A DNA stretch of 35,012 nt from a bacterium (GCA_043742265.1 JAYTYR010000055.1:1-35012); one strand, 5' to 3'; shown: positions 8,566-16,212, counted from the stretch's first letter. Numbers and translations: made by a program. The notes: generated from the sequence alone by a model not told the origin.

Positions 8566-10137
8566 TTACTTTTTGGAATTTAGTATATCTATAAAGAGAG
8601 AAGGGTTACCAGCTCCCTTACTTTCTTTCATGCATTGACCCACAAAGTACATTAAAAGCTTGTCGTTACCAGTCAGGACTTCCCTCCATTGTGTTGGATT
8701 TTCTTTTATTACTTTATGTACTATTGATATCAAATCTTCTTTGTTATTTTTTTGTATAAAGTTATTTTCTTCAGCTATTTCTTTTGCTTTTTTATTTATA
8801 CATTCTTTATGATTATTTGTTATAAAAGATAATAAATCTTTTACTCCACTGGATGATAACTCACTTTTATCTAGCATTGTTATGATATCTATCATCTGAC
8901 TTTTGCTTGGTAGCAAAGAATAGATATTGTTAGAAACTTTACTAGCTATACCTACGAAGTCATTTAACAAATAATTAGCTAAAGAGATTTTGTATTTGTT
9001 ATCTAATTTTATTTCATTATTACTATGAGTATTCATCTCTGTAGAGTTTATAGCGGATAGATAATAGTTACCGAGGATCACGTCGTCAAGTAGCTGTGTT
9101 ATTTGCTTATTTTGTAAGCCTATTTCTGTGAAAAGAGTACGACGCTCATCAGGAAGTAATTCTATGCCTGACTCTGGAGATTGTATCCATGCTAATATAG
9201 CAGGTATGTCAAAGACCTCATAGGTATAGATTTTTGGTAGATCAGGATCAGGAAAGTATCGATAGTCATCAGCATTTTCTTTTTTTCTCTGACTAAAGGT
9301 CTCTCTTTTATTTTCATCCCATCCTCTGGTTTCTTGTACTACTTGTTTACCATTTTCTAGTAGATCTATGTGTCTATCTACTTCATGTCGTATCGCGTCC
9401 TCGACAGAGCGAAAGGAATTTATATTCTTTACTTCACATTTAGTGCCATATATACACTTGTCTAGAGTGACTGATATGTTAACCTCCACACGCATTTGAC
9501 CTTTCTCCATATCAGCATCTGAAGCATCTAGTGTACGCAGTATACGACGTAGCTCACGTGCAAATTCTCCACTAGCTGCCGCCGCATCTTCTACATTATC
9601 ATAAGTGTGAGCATCAGTAACCAGCTCCATGAGAGGCACCCCGGCGCGATTAAAGTCTATCAGAGTATATGCACCTTTGTCATGAGTACTTTTCGCTGTG
9701 TCCTCTTCCATGTGTATACGAGTGAGAGATATGGGTATGTTTTTGTTAACCATTTCACCATTTACTACATTATTTACATTTGCTACTATCTCACCACCAT
9801 TGATGATTGGGTATTTGTACTGAGTGATTTGATAAGCTTTTGGTATATCAGGATAGAAATAATTTTTTCTATCAAACTCGATAAAGTTGGATATATTTTT
9901 ATAAGTACCGTCCTCTTTTTCTTGTTCATTTCTCACAGCCAGACCGATAGATATCATCTTTTTTAAAGCTTCATGATTTGCTACAGGTAAGGTACCAGGA
10001 TGCGCCATACATATAGGACAGACATTTTTGTTGGGTGTGTCCTCTAGTGGCACATTGGGACAGCCACACCACATCTTACTCTTTGTATTGAGCTCGGCAT
10101 GTATCTCTAGTCCTATCGTTACATAGTATTTGTTCAT
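8566..10137 (-). CDS. gatB: Asp/Glu-tRNA(Asn/Gln) amidotransferase subunit B
   Basis: MNKYYVTIGLEIHAELNTKSKMWCGCPN...CPICMAHPGTLPV...RAGVPLMELVT...YRYFPDPDLP are GatB signatures. I trimmed the start to the ATG at 10137 because the first 31 codons of the track ORF are the antisense of a tRNA. Confidence 0.9.
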   Translation of the reverse strand: MNKYYVTIGLEIHAELNTKSKMWCGCPNVPLEDTPNKNVCPICMAHPGTLPVANHEALKKMISIGLAVRNEQEKEDGTYKNISNFIEFDRKNYFYPDIPKAYQITQYKYPIINGGEIVANVNNVVNGEMVNKNIPISLTRIHMEEDTAKSTHDKGAYTLIDFNRAGVPLMELVTDAHTYDNVEDAAAASGEFARELRRILRTLDASDADMEKGQMRVEVNISVTLDKCIYGTKCEVKNINSFRSVEDAIRHEVDRHIDLLENGKQVVQETRGWDENKRETFSQRKKENADDYRYFPDPDLPKIYTYEVFDIPAILAWIQSPESGIELLPDERRTLFTEIGLQNKQITQLLDDVILGNYYLSAINSTEMNTHSNNEIKLDNKYKISLANYLLNDFVGIASKVSNNIYSLLPSKSQMIDIITMLDKSELSSSGVKDLLSFITNNHKECINKKAKEIAEENNFIQKNNKEDLISIVHKVIKENPTQWREVLTGNDKLLMYFVGQCMKESKGAGNPSLFIDILNSKK

Positions 10138-10146
10138 AAAAATTTG

Positions 10147-10228
10147 TGCCCGGGGCGGGACTCGAACCCGCACGAGGAAACCTCGAGAGATTTTAAGTCT
10201 CTTGCGTCTACCATTCCGCCACCCGGGC
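10147..10228 (-). tRNA. tRNA-Leu (anticodon UAA), long variable arm, no encoded CCA
   Basis: The reverse complement is GCCCGGGTGGCGGAATGGTAGACGCAAGAGACTTAAAATCTCTCGAGGTTTCCTCGTGCGGGTTCGAGTCCCGCCCCGGGCA. The cloverleaf was checked by hand: acceptor GCCCGGG/CCCGGGC, anticodon stem AGAGA/TCTCT, T-arm GCGGG-TTCGAGT-CCCGC. Confidence 0.85.
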
Positions 10229-10341
10229 ATATCCAGTGGATGTATATTATTATACTACATTTTTAATAAAATCAGAAATGTGTTACAATAAAGTAACTTT
10301 CCCCTTTGTTTGTGAGAAGTATGATAGGAATAAGTTTATTT

Positions 10342-10413
10342 GATGCGGTGGCGAAATGGTAACGCTTCGGTCTGCAAAACCGACATGCGCGGGTTCGATT
10401 CCCGCCCGCATCT
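10342..10413 (+). tRNA. tRNA-Cys (anticodon GCA), discriminator U, no encoded CCA
   Basis: GATGCGGTGGCGAAATGGTAACGCTTCGGTCTGCAAAACCGACATGCGCGGGTTCGATTCCCGCCCGCATCT. The anticodon stem is TCGGT/ACCGA with loop CTGCAAA. Confidence 0.85.
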
Positions 10414-10471
10414 CCCGTGTGTCAGCAGTATATAGTAATCGTTGATTGCGTTTCTTTTTTATAAAAGTTTA

Positions 10472-10480
10472 TGTTATAAT
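10472..10480 (+). promoter_or_regulatory. extended -10 promoter TGTTATAAT upstream of tRNA-Lys
   Basis: An exact TGnTATAAT lies 11 nt before the mature tRNA 5' end. Confidence 0.5.
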
Positions 10481-10491
10481 ACTTGACATCA

Positions 10492-10567
10492 GCCCTTATA
10501 GCTCAGTTGGTAGAGCAGCTCCCTCTTAAGGAGACGGTCGTAGGTTCGAATCCTACTGGGGGCACCA
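10492..10567 (+). tRNA. tRNA-Lys (anticodon CUU), CCA encoded
   Basis: GCCCTTATAGCTCAGTTGGTAGAGCAGCTCCCTCTTAAGGAGACGGTCGTAGGTTCGAATCCTACTGGGGGCACCA. The T-arm is GTAGG-TTCGAAT-CCTAC and the anticodon loop is CTCTTAA. Confidence 0.9.
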
Positions 10568-10631
10568 TGGTAACCAACTCACGTTAGCATACACAGAAAG
10601 CTAATAGCCACTTTAATTTTTCTTTAGCTTG

Positions 10632-10640
10632 TGTTATAAT
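10632..10640 (+). promoter_or_regulatory. extended -10 promoter TGTTATAAT upstream of tRNA-Leu(UAG)
   Basis: An exact TGnTATAAT lies about 42 nt before the tRNA. Confidence 0.45.
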
Positions 10641-10682
10641 GTTTATATAGAAAAGAGAAGGGGCTTTAGCTCTGAGACATAC

Positions 10683-10767
10683 GCCCGGGTGGCGAAATTG
10701 GTAGACGCACTTGCCTTAGGAGCAAGCGAGGCAACTCATGAAGGTTCAAGTCCTTTCCCGGGCACCA
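10683..10767 (+). tRNA. tRNA-Leu (anticodon UAG), long variable arm, CCA encoded
   Basis: GCCCGGGTGGCGAAATTGGTAGACGCACTTGCCTTAGGAGCAAGCGAGGCAACTCATGAAGGTTCAAGTCCTTTCCCGGGCACCA. The anticodon stem is CTTGC/GCAAG with loop CTTAGGA. Confidence 0.9.
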
Positions 10768-10842
10768 CGTCGTGATAGCACGAGGTCTATTATGCTTTAA
10801 CAAAAAGTTAAAGCTAAGTCTGTTTTATTTGTGACTAAAATA

Positions 10843-10851
10843 TGTTAAAAT
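10843..10851 (+). promoter_or_regulatory. candidate island-1 operon promoter (TGTTAAAAT, extended -10-like)
   Basis: A TGn+TAAAAT sits about 60 nt upstream of the first island ORF (ATG 10914). Confidence 0.35.
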
Positions 10852-10913
10852 CATAATGTGAGCTAAAAAATATTTTTAGTTTTTCAGATAAAATAGATTT
10901 AAGTATCCATGCC

Positions 10914-11399
10914 ATGAACGAGATTGTAAAAAATGAAAAAGTAATTTTTCAAAATGGTAATCAAGGGCTGTATTTCATGCATGTGCTCTGCTCATCAGAA
11001 GTCTTGATTGGGGAAAATATTTACCTTGAACTTATAAAAAAACTAGATCTAAGCAGGGTTGAAATAAGTATAATTGAAAAAATAAGATATTACATATGGA
11101 TGCTTAGAAGAAACTATATTGCTAAAAATGATATTTATACGTATAAAAAATATCTCCCTAGAATACTTAAAGATATTCTTATTCTAGAAAAAGTAATTGA
11201 CTACTCAAATATTTCAGAGTTCAATAACAGACAAATAATAAATCTGTACATTGAAAACCATAAAAGTGATTTAAGTGTGACAGAAATTTATCTTTTAGTT
11301 AATATAATTAATTTAGATAAAATAAAAGAAATTGAAATTGAGTCGACTTTAACTTTGATTTCAAATTTAGTAAATATAATTACATGGAAAAACTTATAG
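10914..11399 (+). CDS. hypothetical protein, first gene of the island-1 operon
   Basis: 161-aa ORF with helical-looking, Ile/Leu/Asn/Lys-rich composition. It overlaps the next ORF by 16 nt. No family was recognised. Confidence 0.45.
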   Translation: MNEIVKNEKVIFQNGNQGLYFMHVLCSSEVLIGENIYLELIKKLDLSRVEISIIEKIRYYIWMLRRNYIAKNDIYTYKKYLPRILKDILILEKVIDYSNISEFNNRQIINLYIENHKSDLSVTEIYLLVNIINLDKIKEIEIESTLTLISNLVNIITWKNL

Positions 11400-12233
11400 C
11401 AGAAATAAAAACGCCACAAACAATGAGCGTCGAGACTAGTGTTCAAAATGAAATAGACAGAATAAACTTCGCTTTATTGTCTGGTTCAATTAGTGTTTTA
11501 GATTCTGCAAAATTAATGGATGTTTTAGTAAAAACAACTTTAGATTCAATATTAGATTCATTCAGCCTTAAGATTGGGATAGATAAAAAAACTCCCATTT
11601 GGACTTTTTCTGTTTGGGTCACCATCTAGAAACTTAATGTTACCCAATTCCGACCTCGATATTGGAATTGTTTTTAACCACGACACAGATGAAGTTTTTA
11701 AAGAGAGAATAAGGTTGAAGTTTAAATCACTTCCGTTTGATAAAATTGATATAGCTAGCTGGTCTACTATTGAAGAAATGATCGGGAGAAATAAAGTTAA
11801 CACAATAGAGACAAATAAAGCTATTGACACAGAGTTTTCTGGTGGAAGTATAGAAATAGCTGAAGATTATTTAACTAATGTAAGAAACCCAGATCATTTA
11901 TTTGATAAAAGACGCAGAATGATTACTGAGTTTGGAATACTGCGCTGCTTTGATTATATCTCAAAAGTTACAGAATATGGACCAAATTTAAAATACGACT
12001 TTGGAGCTAGTAGAGATATCGTTTTTCTAGACTGGTACTATTTGTTGAGGAGTGGTGAACCAACATATGAAAACCCATTTTACCTAGGAGGATTAGAGGC
12101 TTTGTTAAAAGAATCTCACATAAGTGAACAGGAGAAAAACTTCCTACAGCAAAGCATAGAACTTATTTTAACAGTTAAGTTTTCACTTGTTTATGAAAGT
12201 AAGAAAGTTGGTAAAAAAATTTGCTCTATCTAA
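11384..12233 (+). pseudogene. GlnD/GlnE/DUF294-type nucleotidyltransferase, interrupted by a frame change at an A7 tract (11585-11591)
   Basis: ORF 11384-11629 stops 8 nt before ORF 11637-12233. Extending the second frame upstream to 11583 gives ..KKLPFGLFLFGSPSRNLMLPNSDLDIGIVFNHD, the Pol-beta NTase G[GS]x9-13[DE]h[DE]h motif. The track ORF cuts this motif at its internal Met. Downstream, PNLKYDFGASRDIVFLDWYYLL resembles the K..GG.RDI.f..W block of GlnD/GlnE/DUF294_C. Removing one A from the A7 tract joins the two frames. Confidence 0.6.
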
Positions 12234-12673
12234 ATGACTTAAGTTTAAGTGAATGTTTCACTGTTGCAAAAAAAGCACTTACTAAAATGGGCATTAAAGA
12301 CGAAGGTGATTTTAAAGAAAAATACTATAAAGCAAAATTAATGCTAGGTATTGTAGTATCAAAAATATTTAACATAATAATACTGGAAGATGAAGAGTTA
12401 AGAAGTGTCTGGTCAATGGCAGAGTCAAAAACACAAATAGATCCTGAATTAGAAACTTGTTTATTAGATTTAAGTTGGCACAACTTAGTTCCATTTCTTG
12501 TAAAATCAAAATCGCCTGATATTTTACAATACATAGTTTTAAAAATTCTAGCTTTGAAAAGCCGTGAGTATTTACTTAGAATGGCTAGCGAGAATAAATT
12601 TATCGATGAACATACTAGGTATGCATTACTTGATTCTTCATTGCCAGAGAAATATAAAATAAAATTAAGATAA
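12221..12673 (+). CDS. hypothetical helical protein, possibly the C-terminal continuation of the nucleotidyltransferase
   Basis: 150-aa ORF with only a TTG start. It overlaps the preceding ORF around a second A7 tract (12213-12219). One extra A there would fuse the frames (..VGKKNLLYLNDLSL..). Confidence 0.45.
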   Translation: MLYLNDLSLSECFTVAKKALTKMGIKDEGDFKEKYYKAKLMLGIVVSKIFNIIILEDEELRSVWSMAESKTQIDPELETCLLDLSWHNLVPFLVKSKSPDILQYIVLKILALKSREYLLRMASENKFIDEHTRYALLDSSLPEKYKIKLR

Positions 12674-12676
12674 ATT

Positions 12677-13426
12677 ATGATAAAAATACTAAGTTTAAAT
12701 TTGTGGAGATATAATGATTTTGATATTAGATTTGAAAATTTATTAAAGGTTATTTCTAATAAAAATCCAGACATCATTTTGTTGCAGGAATCGCAAATTG
12801 ACCAATCTTTTTCACGTCTGTCTCAGGTGGAAATAATAAAAAATAAAATAAATGAAGTAATTTCTAAAGATTATAAATTTTCACATTACTCAACTGTATA
12901 TTTGAAAAAATATCAAAAAGGCGAAAAATTAGAAATACCAGTGCAACATGGCATGGGTATAATTTCTAAATATCCTGTCGTTAATTCTTTTGAGTATTAT
13001 TTAAATATAATTGATAAAAATCCAGAGCCTAGATCTATATTTTGTTTTGATTTAGAGATTGAAGATCATATACATAAATTTGCAAATGTCCACTTTACAA
13101 ATAATGACATTGAAGCTCCAAAAGAACTGCAAGAGTTTTTAGGTTTTATTGAAAATAGAAATGAAAGGAGGATAATGTGTGGAGATTTTAATATTTTTAA
13201 TCTATCAGAATATCTGAAAAATAATAAAGATTACACACTTTCAACAAAATTTAAAAAGTATATATTATATGAAAAAGATAACGGAACCTTGGACTATGTT
13301 CTCTTGCCTAAAGAGTATAATTTTATAGATTTCGAATGTTTAAATGACTACTTATCGGACCACAAGGGAATATTTGCGGTAGTACAAGAAAAGAAATTGA
13401 AACAGAAACCAAAGAAAAAGTTATGA
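12677..13426 (+). CDS. endonuclease/exonuclease/phosphatase (EEP, DNase I-like) family protein
   Basis: 249 aa. EEP catalytic blocks occur in order: ILSLNLW (N), PDIILLQES (E), NVHFTN (H), MCGDFNIF (D,N) and LSDHKGIFA (D,H). No signal peptide is present. Confidence 0.8.
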   Translation: MIKILSLNLWRYNDFDIRFENLLKVISNKNPDIILLQESQIDQSFSRLSQVEIIKNKINEVISKDYKFSHYSTVYLKKYQKGEKLEIPVQHGMGIISKYPVVNSFEYYLNIIDKNPEPRSIFCFDLEIEDHIHKFANVHFTNNDIEAPKELQEFLGFIENRNERRIMCGDFNIFNLSEYLKNNKDYTLSTKFKKYILYEKDNGTLDYVLLPKEYNFIDFECLNDYLSDHKGIFAVVQEKKLKQKPKKKL

Positions 13427-13474
13427 GTAAAAGTAATTTTTTAGGAAATAAAAAACAAAAGAAAATAAAGTAAT

Positions 13475-13996
13475 ATGGAAAAAGAAAATATGATAAACAT
13501 AAAACCATTTCAAGAAACTCTTGGTGAAGGTATATGCGGTCCAGCAGTGTTAAAGATGATTTTGATGTATTACAAAATACCAGATGGTAATAAATCAGAT
13601 TTAGAGTTGGCAAAGATTTGCGGAACTAATGATTTGGGAACAACAACCACACAGTTATTCAATGCTATAAAAAGTTTTGGATTAAGATGTGAGGAAAAGT
13701 TTAATGCAGAATTTGTAGATATTAGACCTGCATTAGATAGAGGTAATCCTGTTATAGTGGATTGGTTTACACCTGGTAGAAAAGATGCACCAGAAGGAGA
13801 AATGCCAGACGGACATTATTCAATAGTTGTTAATTTAGATGACAAAAACATCTATTTGCAAGACCCAGAAATTGGTGGAATGAGAACTATACCGAGAAAT
13901 AATTTCTACAAAGTTTGGTTTGATTTTGATGAGCCATACACTGAATATATTGTAGATACTAAAAATGTATTTTTAAGATATATGATAGAAGTATAA
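13475..13996 (+). CDS. stand-alone papain-fold peptidase, C39-like (Peptidase_C39_2-type)
   Basis: 173 aa. The putative Cys box is PFQETLGEGICGPAVLKMILMYY (Q...CG.a.l.m...yy) and the putative His box is DGHYSIVVNLDDKNIYLQDP. There is no ABC-transporter or TM part. Confidence 0.6.
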   Translation: MEKENMINIKPFQETLGEGICGPAVLKMILMYYKIPDGNKSDLELAKICGTNDLGTTTTQLFNAIKSFGLRCEEKFNAEFVDIRPALDRGNPVIVDWFTPGRKDAPEGEMPDGHYSIVVNLDDKNIYLQDPEIGGMRTIPRNNFYKVWFDFDEPYTEYIVDTKNVFLRYMIEV

Positions 13997-14004
13997 AAAG
14001 TTTA

Positions 14005-14486
14005 TTATTGACCGTCGATACGACGACGTCTATCGTCTAGAATCTCGTCCTCAAACTCAAAATACAACGTACCTTGTGGACGTCTTTGGTACCCTAATAG
14101 CTCCATCGCAAAAGTAGATAGGCTACTTATTTTGTCACCAATTTTTATCTTATCGTCCTCTACAACTTCAGCTACGATATTTCGATCTCTTGTATATGTG
14201 AGTTTCGATCCCACAGGGATACCGTATTGTACAAAATGGAATCTTGAACGTCTTTCTTTGACTTCATCAACTTCTTTTTCTTGTTCTGGAGTTAATTCAC
14301 TGTCTATCTTAGTTTCTTTAAGCTCAACACGTTTAAGTGCTAGGGTCGCATATTCAGGATTCATTTTAAAGAATTCTCGACTATCTCTCGCTCTACGGTC
14401 TGCAAATATTGAATGTAGCCATGAGTAAAGCCAATCTTAATATACTCTGGCATGGACTGATTTGTTAAAATGTAAATAATATTCAT
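14005..14486 (-). pseudogene. T5orf172/MUG113-type GIY-YIG-like family gene, disrupted (internal deletion plus frame change), or a 41-aa plus 119-aa coupled pair
   Basis: The ATG at 14486 opens MNIIYILTNQSMPEYIKIGFTHG, matching the family N-motif (YIltN.smP...KIG.T), and stops after 41 aa. The frame of ORF 14005-14364 extends upstream as ..SWLHSIFADRRARDSREFFKMNPEYATLALK, matching the family's ..lH.aFad.R....REFF...pe.a motif. About 35 aa normally found between the two motifs are missing. The stop of the first frame overlaps the ATG of the second (ATGA). Confidence 0.5.
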
Positions 14487-14492
14487 GATAGT

Positions 14493-14501
14493 ATTCTAAC
14501 A
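14493..14501 (-). promoter_or_regulatory. extended -10 promoter (TGTTAGAAT) 6 nt upstream of the ATG at 14486
   Basis: The reverse complement reads TGTTAGAAT-actatc-ATG, the same layout as the core-gene promoters. Confidence 0.45.
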
Positions 14502-14541
14502 TTTTTTGTTGCAATAAACTACAACACTTTATAGCCCATGT

Positions 14542-14615
14542 TGGCTGGTGGACTAGGAATCGAACCTAGATACGCAGCTTCAAAGGCTGCTGTCCTACCT
14601 TTAGACGATCCACCA
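14542..14615 (-). tRNA. tRNA-Gln (anticodon UUG), CCA encoded
   Basis: The reverse complement is TGGTGGATCGTCTAAAGGTAGGACAGCAGCCTTTGAAGCTGCGTATCTAGGTTCGATTCCTAGTCCACCAGCCA. The anticodon stem is GCAGC/GCTGC with loop CTTTGAA. Confidence 0.9.
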
Positions 14616-14852
14616 AAGTTTAGACTAAATAACTATTTTATTTTTACATTTTATTTTTATAATTTTTTATTAAAGCTATATGCTTTTTATTAAAAATAAT
14701 AATAAAACTTTATTTACTTTTATCAATATTCAAGTGTTTTATAAGCTATAAGACACAGTGAATAGTTGATTACTATTATAACATGTATTATGAGTTTGCA
14801 CCAATCGATTTTTGGGAGTATACTTATATGTATAAGTTAGAATAATAAAAAC

Positions 14853-15119
14853 ATGAGCCTACATTCACCACATCATCAAAATTTACAAAGAGACTCTGTT
14901 TATGATATTTTAAAAAGAGGGGATGGCGAAATTAAAATTGTAGATATGGCAAGTGGTACGATGAACACAATACTAATAAACAGATATGGTATAGAGGCAA
15001 TGAATGATGAGTATTGGGGTAGGGAAGGTGTCAGAGAATTAGAAACAATAACAGAAAAAATGGCAAACGCCTTTTTACCAAATTCTGCGAATGATGAAGT
15101 TTACAACATGGTGGCATAG
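14853..15119 (+). CDS. hypothetical small protein
   Basis: 88-aa ORF with non-repetitive, core-like composition. No family was recognised. Confidence 0.4.
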   Translation: MSLHSPHHQNLQRDSVYDILKRGDGEIKIVDMASGTMNTILINRYGIEAMNDEYWGREGVRELETITEKMANAFLPNSANDEVYNMVA

Positions 15120-15194
15120 TCAGAAAAGCCATACAAAATAAGGCAACCTTGACTAAAAGTCAATAATCTGATAGTGTATACATATTATATGCAA

Positions 15195-15485
15195 ATGCTC
15201 AAACAGCTCAAAGATCTATTATATGCGACTGACATGACGTACGAAGAGATACGCGCTTTCGAGTTGGGCATCGTACGTATTTCTATCGAGGATCAAGTCG
15301 TGCTATATCGCATATTATCAGTGAATAGTGATATCATATATCCGACCTATATTAATTATATGGCCAAGAGACGTGCTCGTGAGACAGGTGCTGGATGGGA
15401 AGAGGCTGTAGAGATAGAGCTAGCGATGCTGGATCGCCACATAGAGCAAAAGAGAGTAGGAGAGGAGGTGACACCACTATACTAG
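15195..15485 (+). CDS. hypothetical small protein
   Basis: The ORF runs to 15485. I prefer the ATG at 15195 (MLKQLKDLLYATDMTYEE...) because TATTAT lies 6 nt upstream. The track start is 15174. No family was recognised. Confidence 0.45.
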   Translation: MLKQLKDLLYATDMTYEEIRAFELGIVRISIEDQVVLYRILSVNSDIIYPTYINYMAKRRARETGAGWEEAVEIELAMLDRHIEQKRVGEEVTPLY

Positions 15486-15643
15486 ATACAACCTTTATTA
15501 CTCAAAAGACATTAGTGATTGTGGATAAGTCTATTCACAAAAGTTTATAATGTATTATCATTAGTAATGAGGGATAGAGTAATTATCTATAACTCAAGTC
15601 GTTAGTTAAGTTTTATTATATTTAAAACAAACAACCCCTTGGT

Positions 15644-15681
15644 AAACATAAAACACGCTCCTCCCAGCGTGTTTTATGTTT
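15644..15681. terminator. perfect 16-bp hairpin (aaacataaaacacgct-cctccc-agcgtgttttatgttt), terminator-like
   Basis: Perfect inverted repeat with an A-rich 5' arm and a T-rich 3' arm. It lies between the 15195 ORF and the promoter of the 15715 ORF. Confidence 0.5.
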
Positions 15682-15698
15682 GTATAGAGCCAGTATCA

Positions 15699-15707
15699 TG
15701 TTATAAT
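15699..15707 (+). promoter_or_regulatory. extended -10 promoter TGTTATAAT, 7 nt before the ATG at 15715
   Basis: The sequence reads TGTTATAAT-ataaaac-ATG. Confidence 0.5.
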
Positions 15708-15714
15708 ATAAAAC

Positions 15715-16200
15715 ATGAATTCATCTTTTGTAAAAACATTTTTAATAAGTTTCTTTGTGGTCAGTCATTTGATATTGTTGACTCAGAACTATTCTTATAT
15801 GTGGGAGGGTGCTCAGATCGGTATGGACTTTAAAGATCTATATACGACTTTGTGGGATATTAAATATACTTTTAATATAGTAACTGGTATCTCCACTTTG
15901 CTAATTTGTATATTGATATCTGCTAATCTGGCTATGGCATATGACTATTATAAAAGGCGTGGTGATATAATATTAAAATATAATAAAAGTAAAAATATAT
16001 TTGCCATTATATTATCTATCATCGGCATCGGCTGTGCCTCTTGTGGAGCTGTAGCCGCCTCGCTATTACTTTCTATTGCGGGTGTCAGTATGAATAGCTG
16101 GCCATTAGACGGAGCTGAGCTGAGCCTACTTGCTCTGGCTATACTTGTTTATAGTACTTATATAATGTATAAAAAATATAAAGCCCCAAACGTGTGCTAA
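15715..16200 (+). CDS. hypothetical polytopic membrane protein with an intramembrane CxxC
   Basis: 161 aa with about 4 TM helices. There is a GCASCG motif inside a helix (IIGIGCASCGAVAASLLL). Confidence 0.55.
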   Translation: MNSSFVKTFLISFFVVSHLILLTQNYSYMWEGAQIGMDFKDLYTTLWDIKYTFNIVTGISTLLICILISANLAMAYDYYKRRGDIILKYNKSKNIFAIILSIIGIGCASCGAVAASLLLSIAGVSMNSWPLDGAELSLLALAILVYSTYIMYKKYKAPNVC

Positions 16201-16212
16201 AATCCATCGTCG

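Larger units (their letters stand above)
10800..14500. other. AT-rich accessory island 1, bracketed by tRNA-Leu(UAG) and tRNA-Gln
   Basis: It is visibly more AT-rich than the flanking core genes (judged by eye, not computed). It contains only non-housekeeping genes, several of them disrupted. No integrase is visible. Confidence 0.6.

Noticed and set aside
10138-10230. N-terminal 31 codons of track ORF 8566-10230 (MPGWRNGRRKRLKISRGFLVRVRVPPRAQIF)
   Set aside because: This stretch is the antisense translation of tRNA-Leu(UAA). The conserved GatB N-terminus starts at the internal Met (10137).
13423-13473. The 16-codon ORF between the EEP and C39-like genes as a possible peptidase substrate or precursor peptide
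   Set aside because: It has no double-glycine leader and is Lys/Asn-rich and too short. It more likely just reflects coupling spacing (noted under the EEP/C39 finding).
11443-13613. Antisense ORFs within island 1 (11443-11625, 11558-11830, 12325-12777, 13323-13613)
   Set aside because: Their Ile/Phe/Ser/Leu-rich low-complexity translations are typical of the reverse strand of AT-rich coding DNA. The plus-strand ORFs carry recognisable enzyme motifs.
15639-15833. ORF 15639-15833 (+)
   Set aside because: It starts inside the 15644-15681 hairpin and runs across the promoter and start of the better-supported membrane-protein ORF (15715-16200) in another frame.
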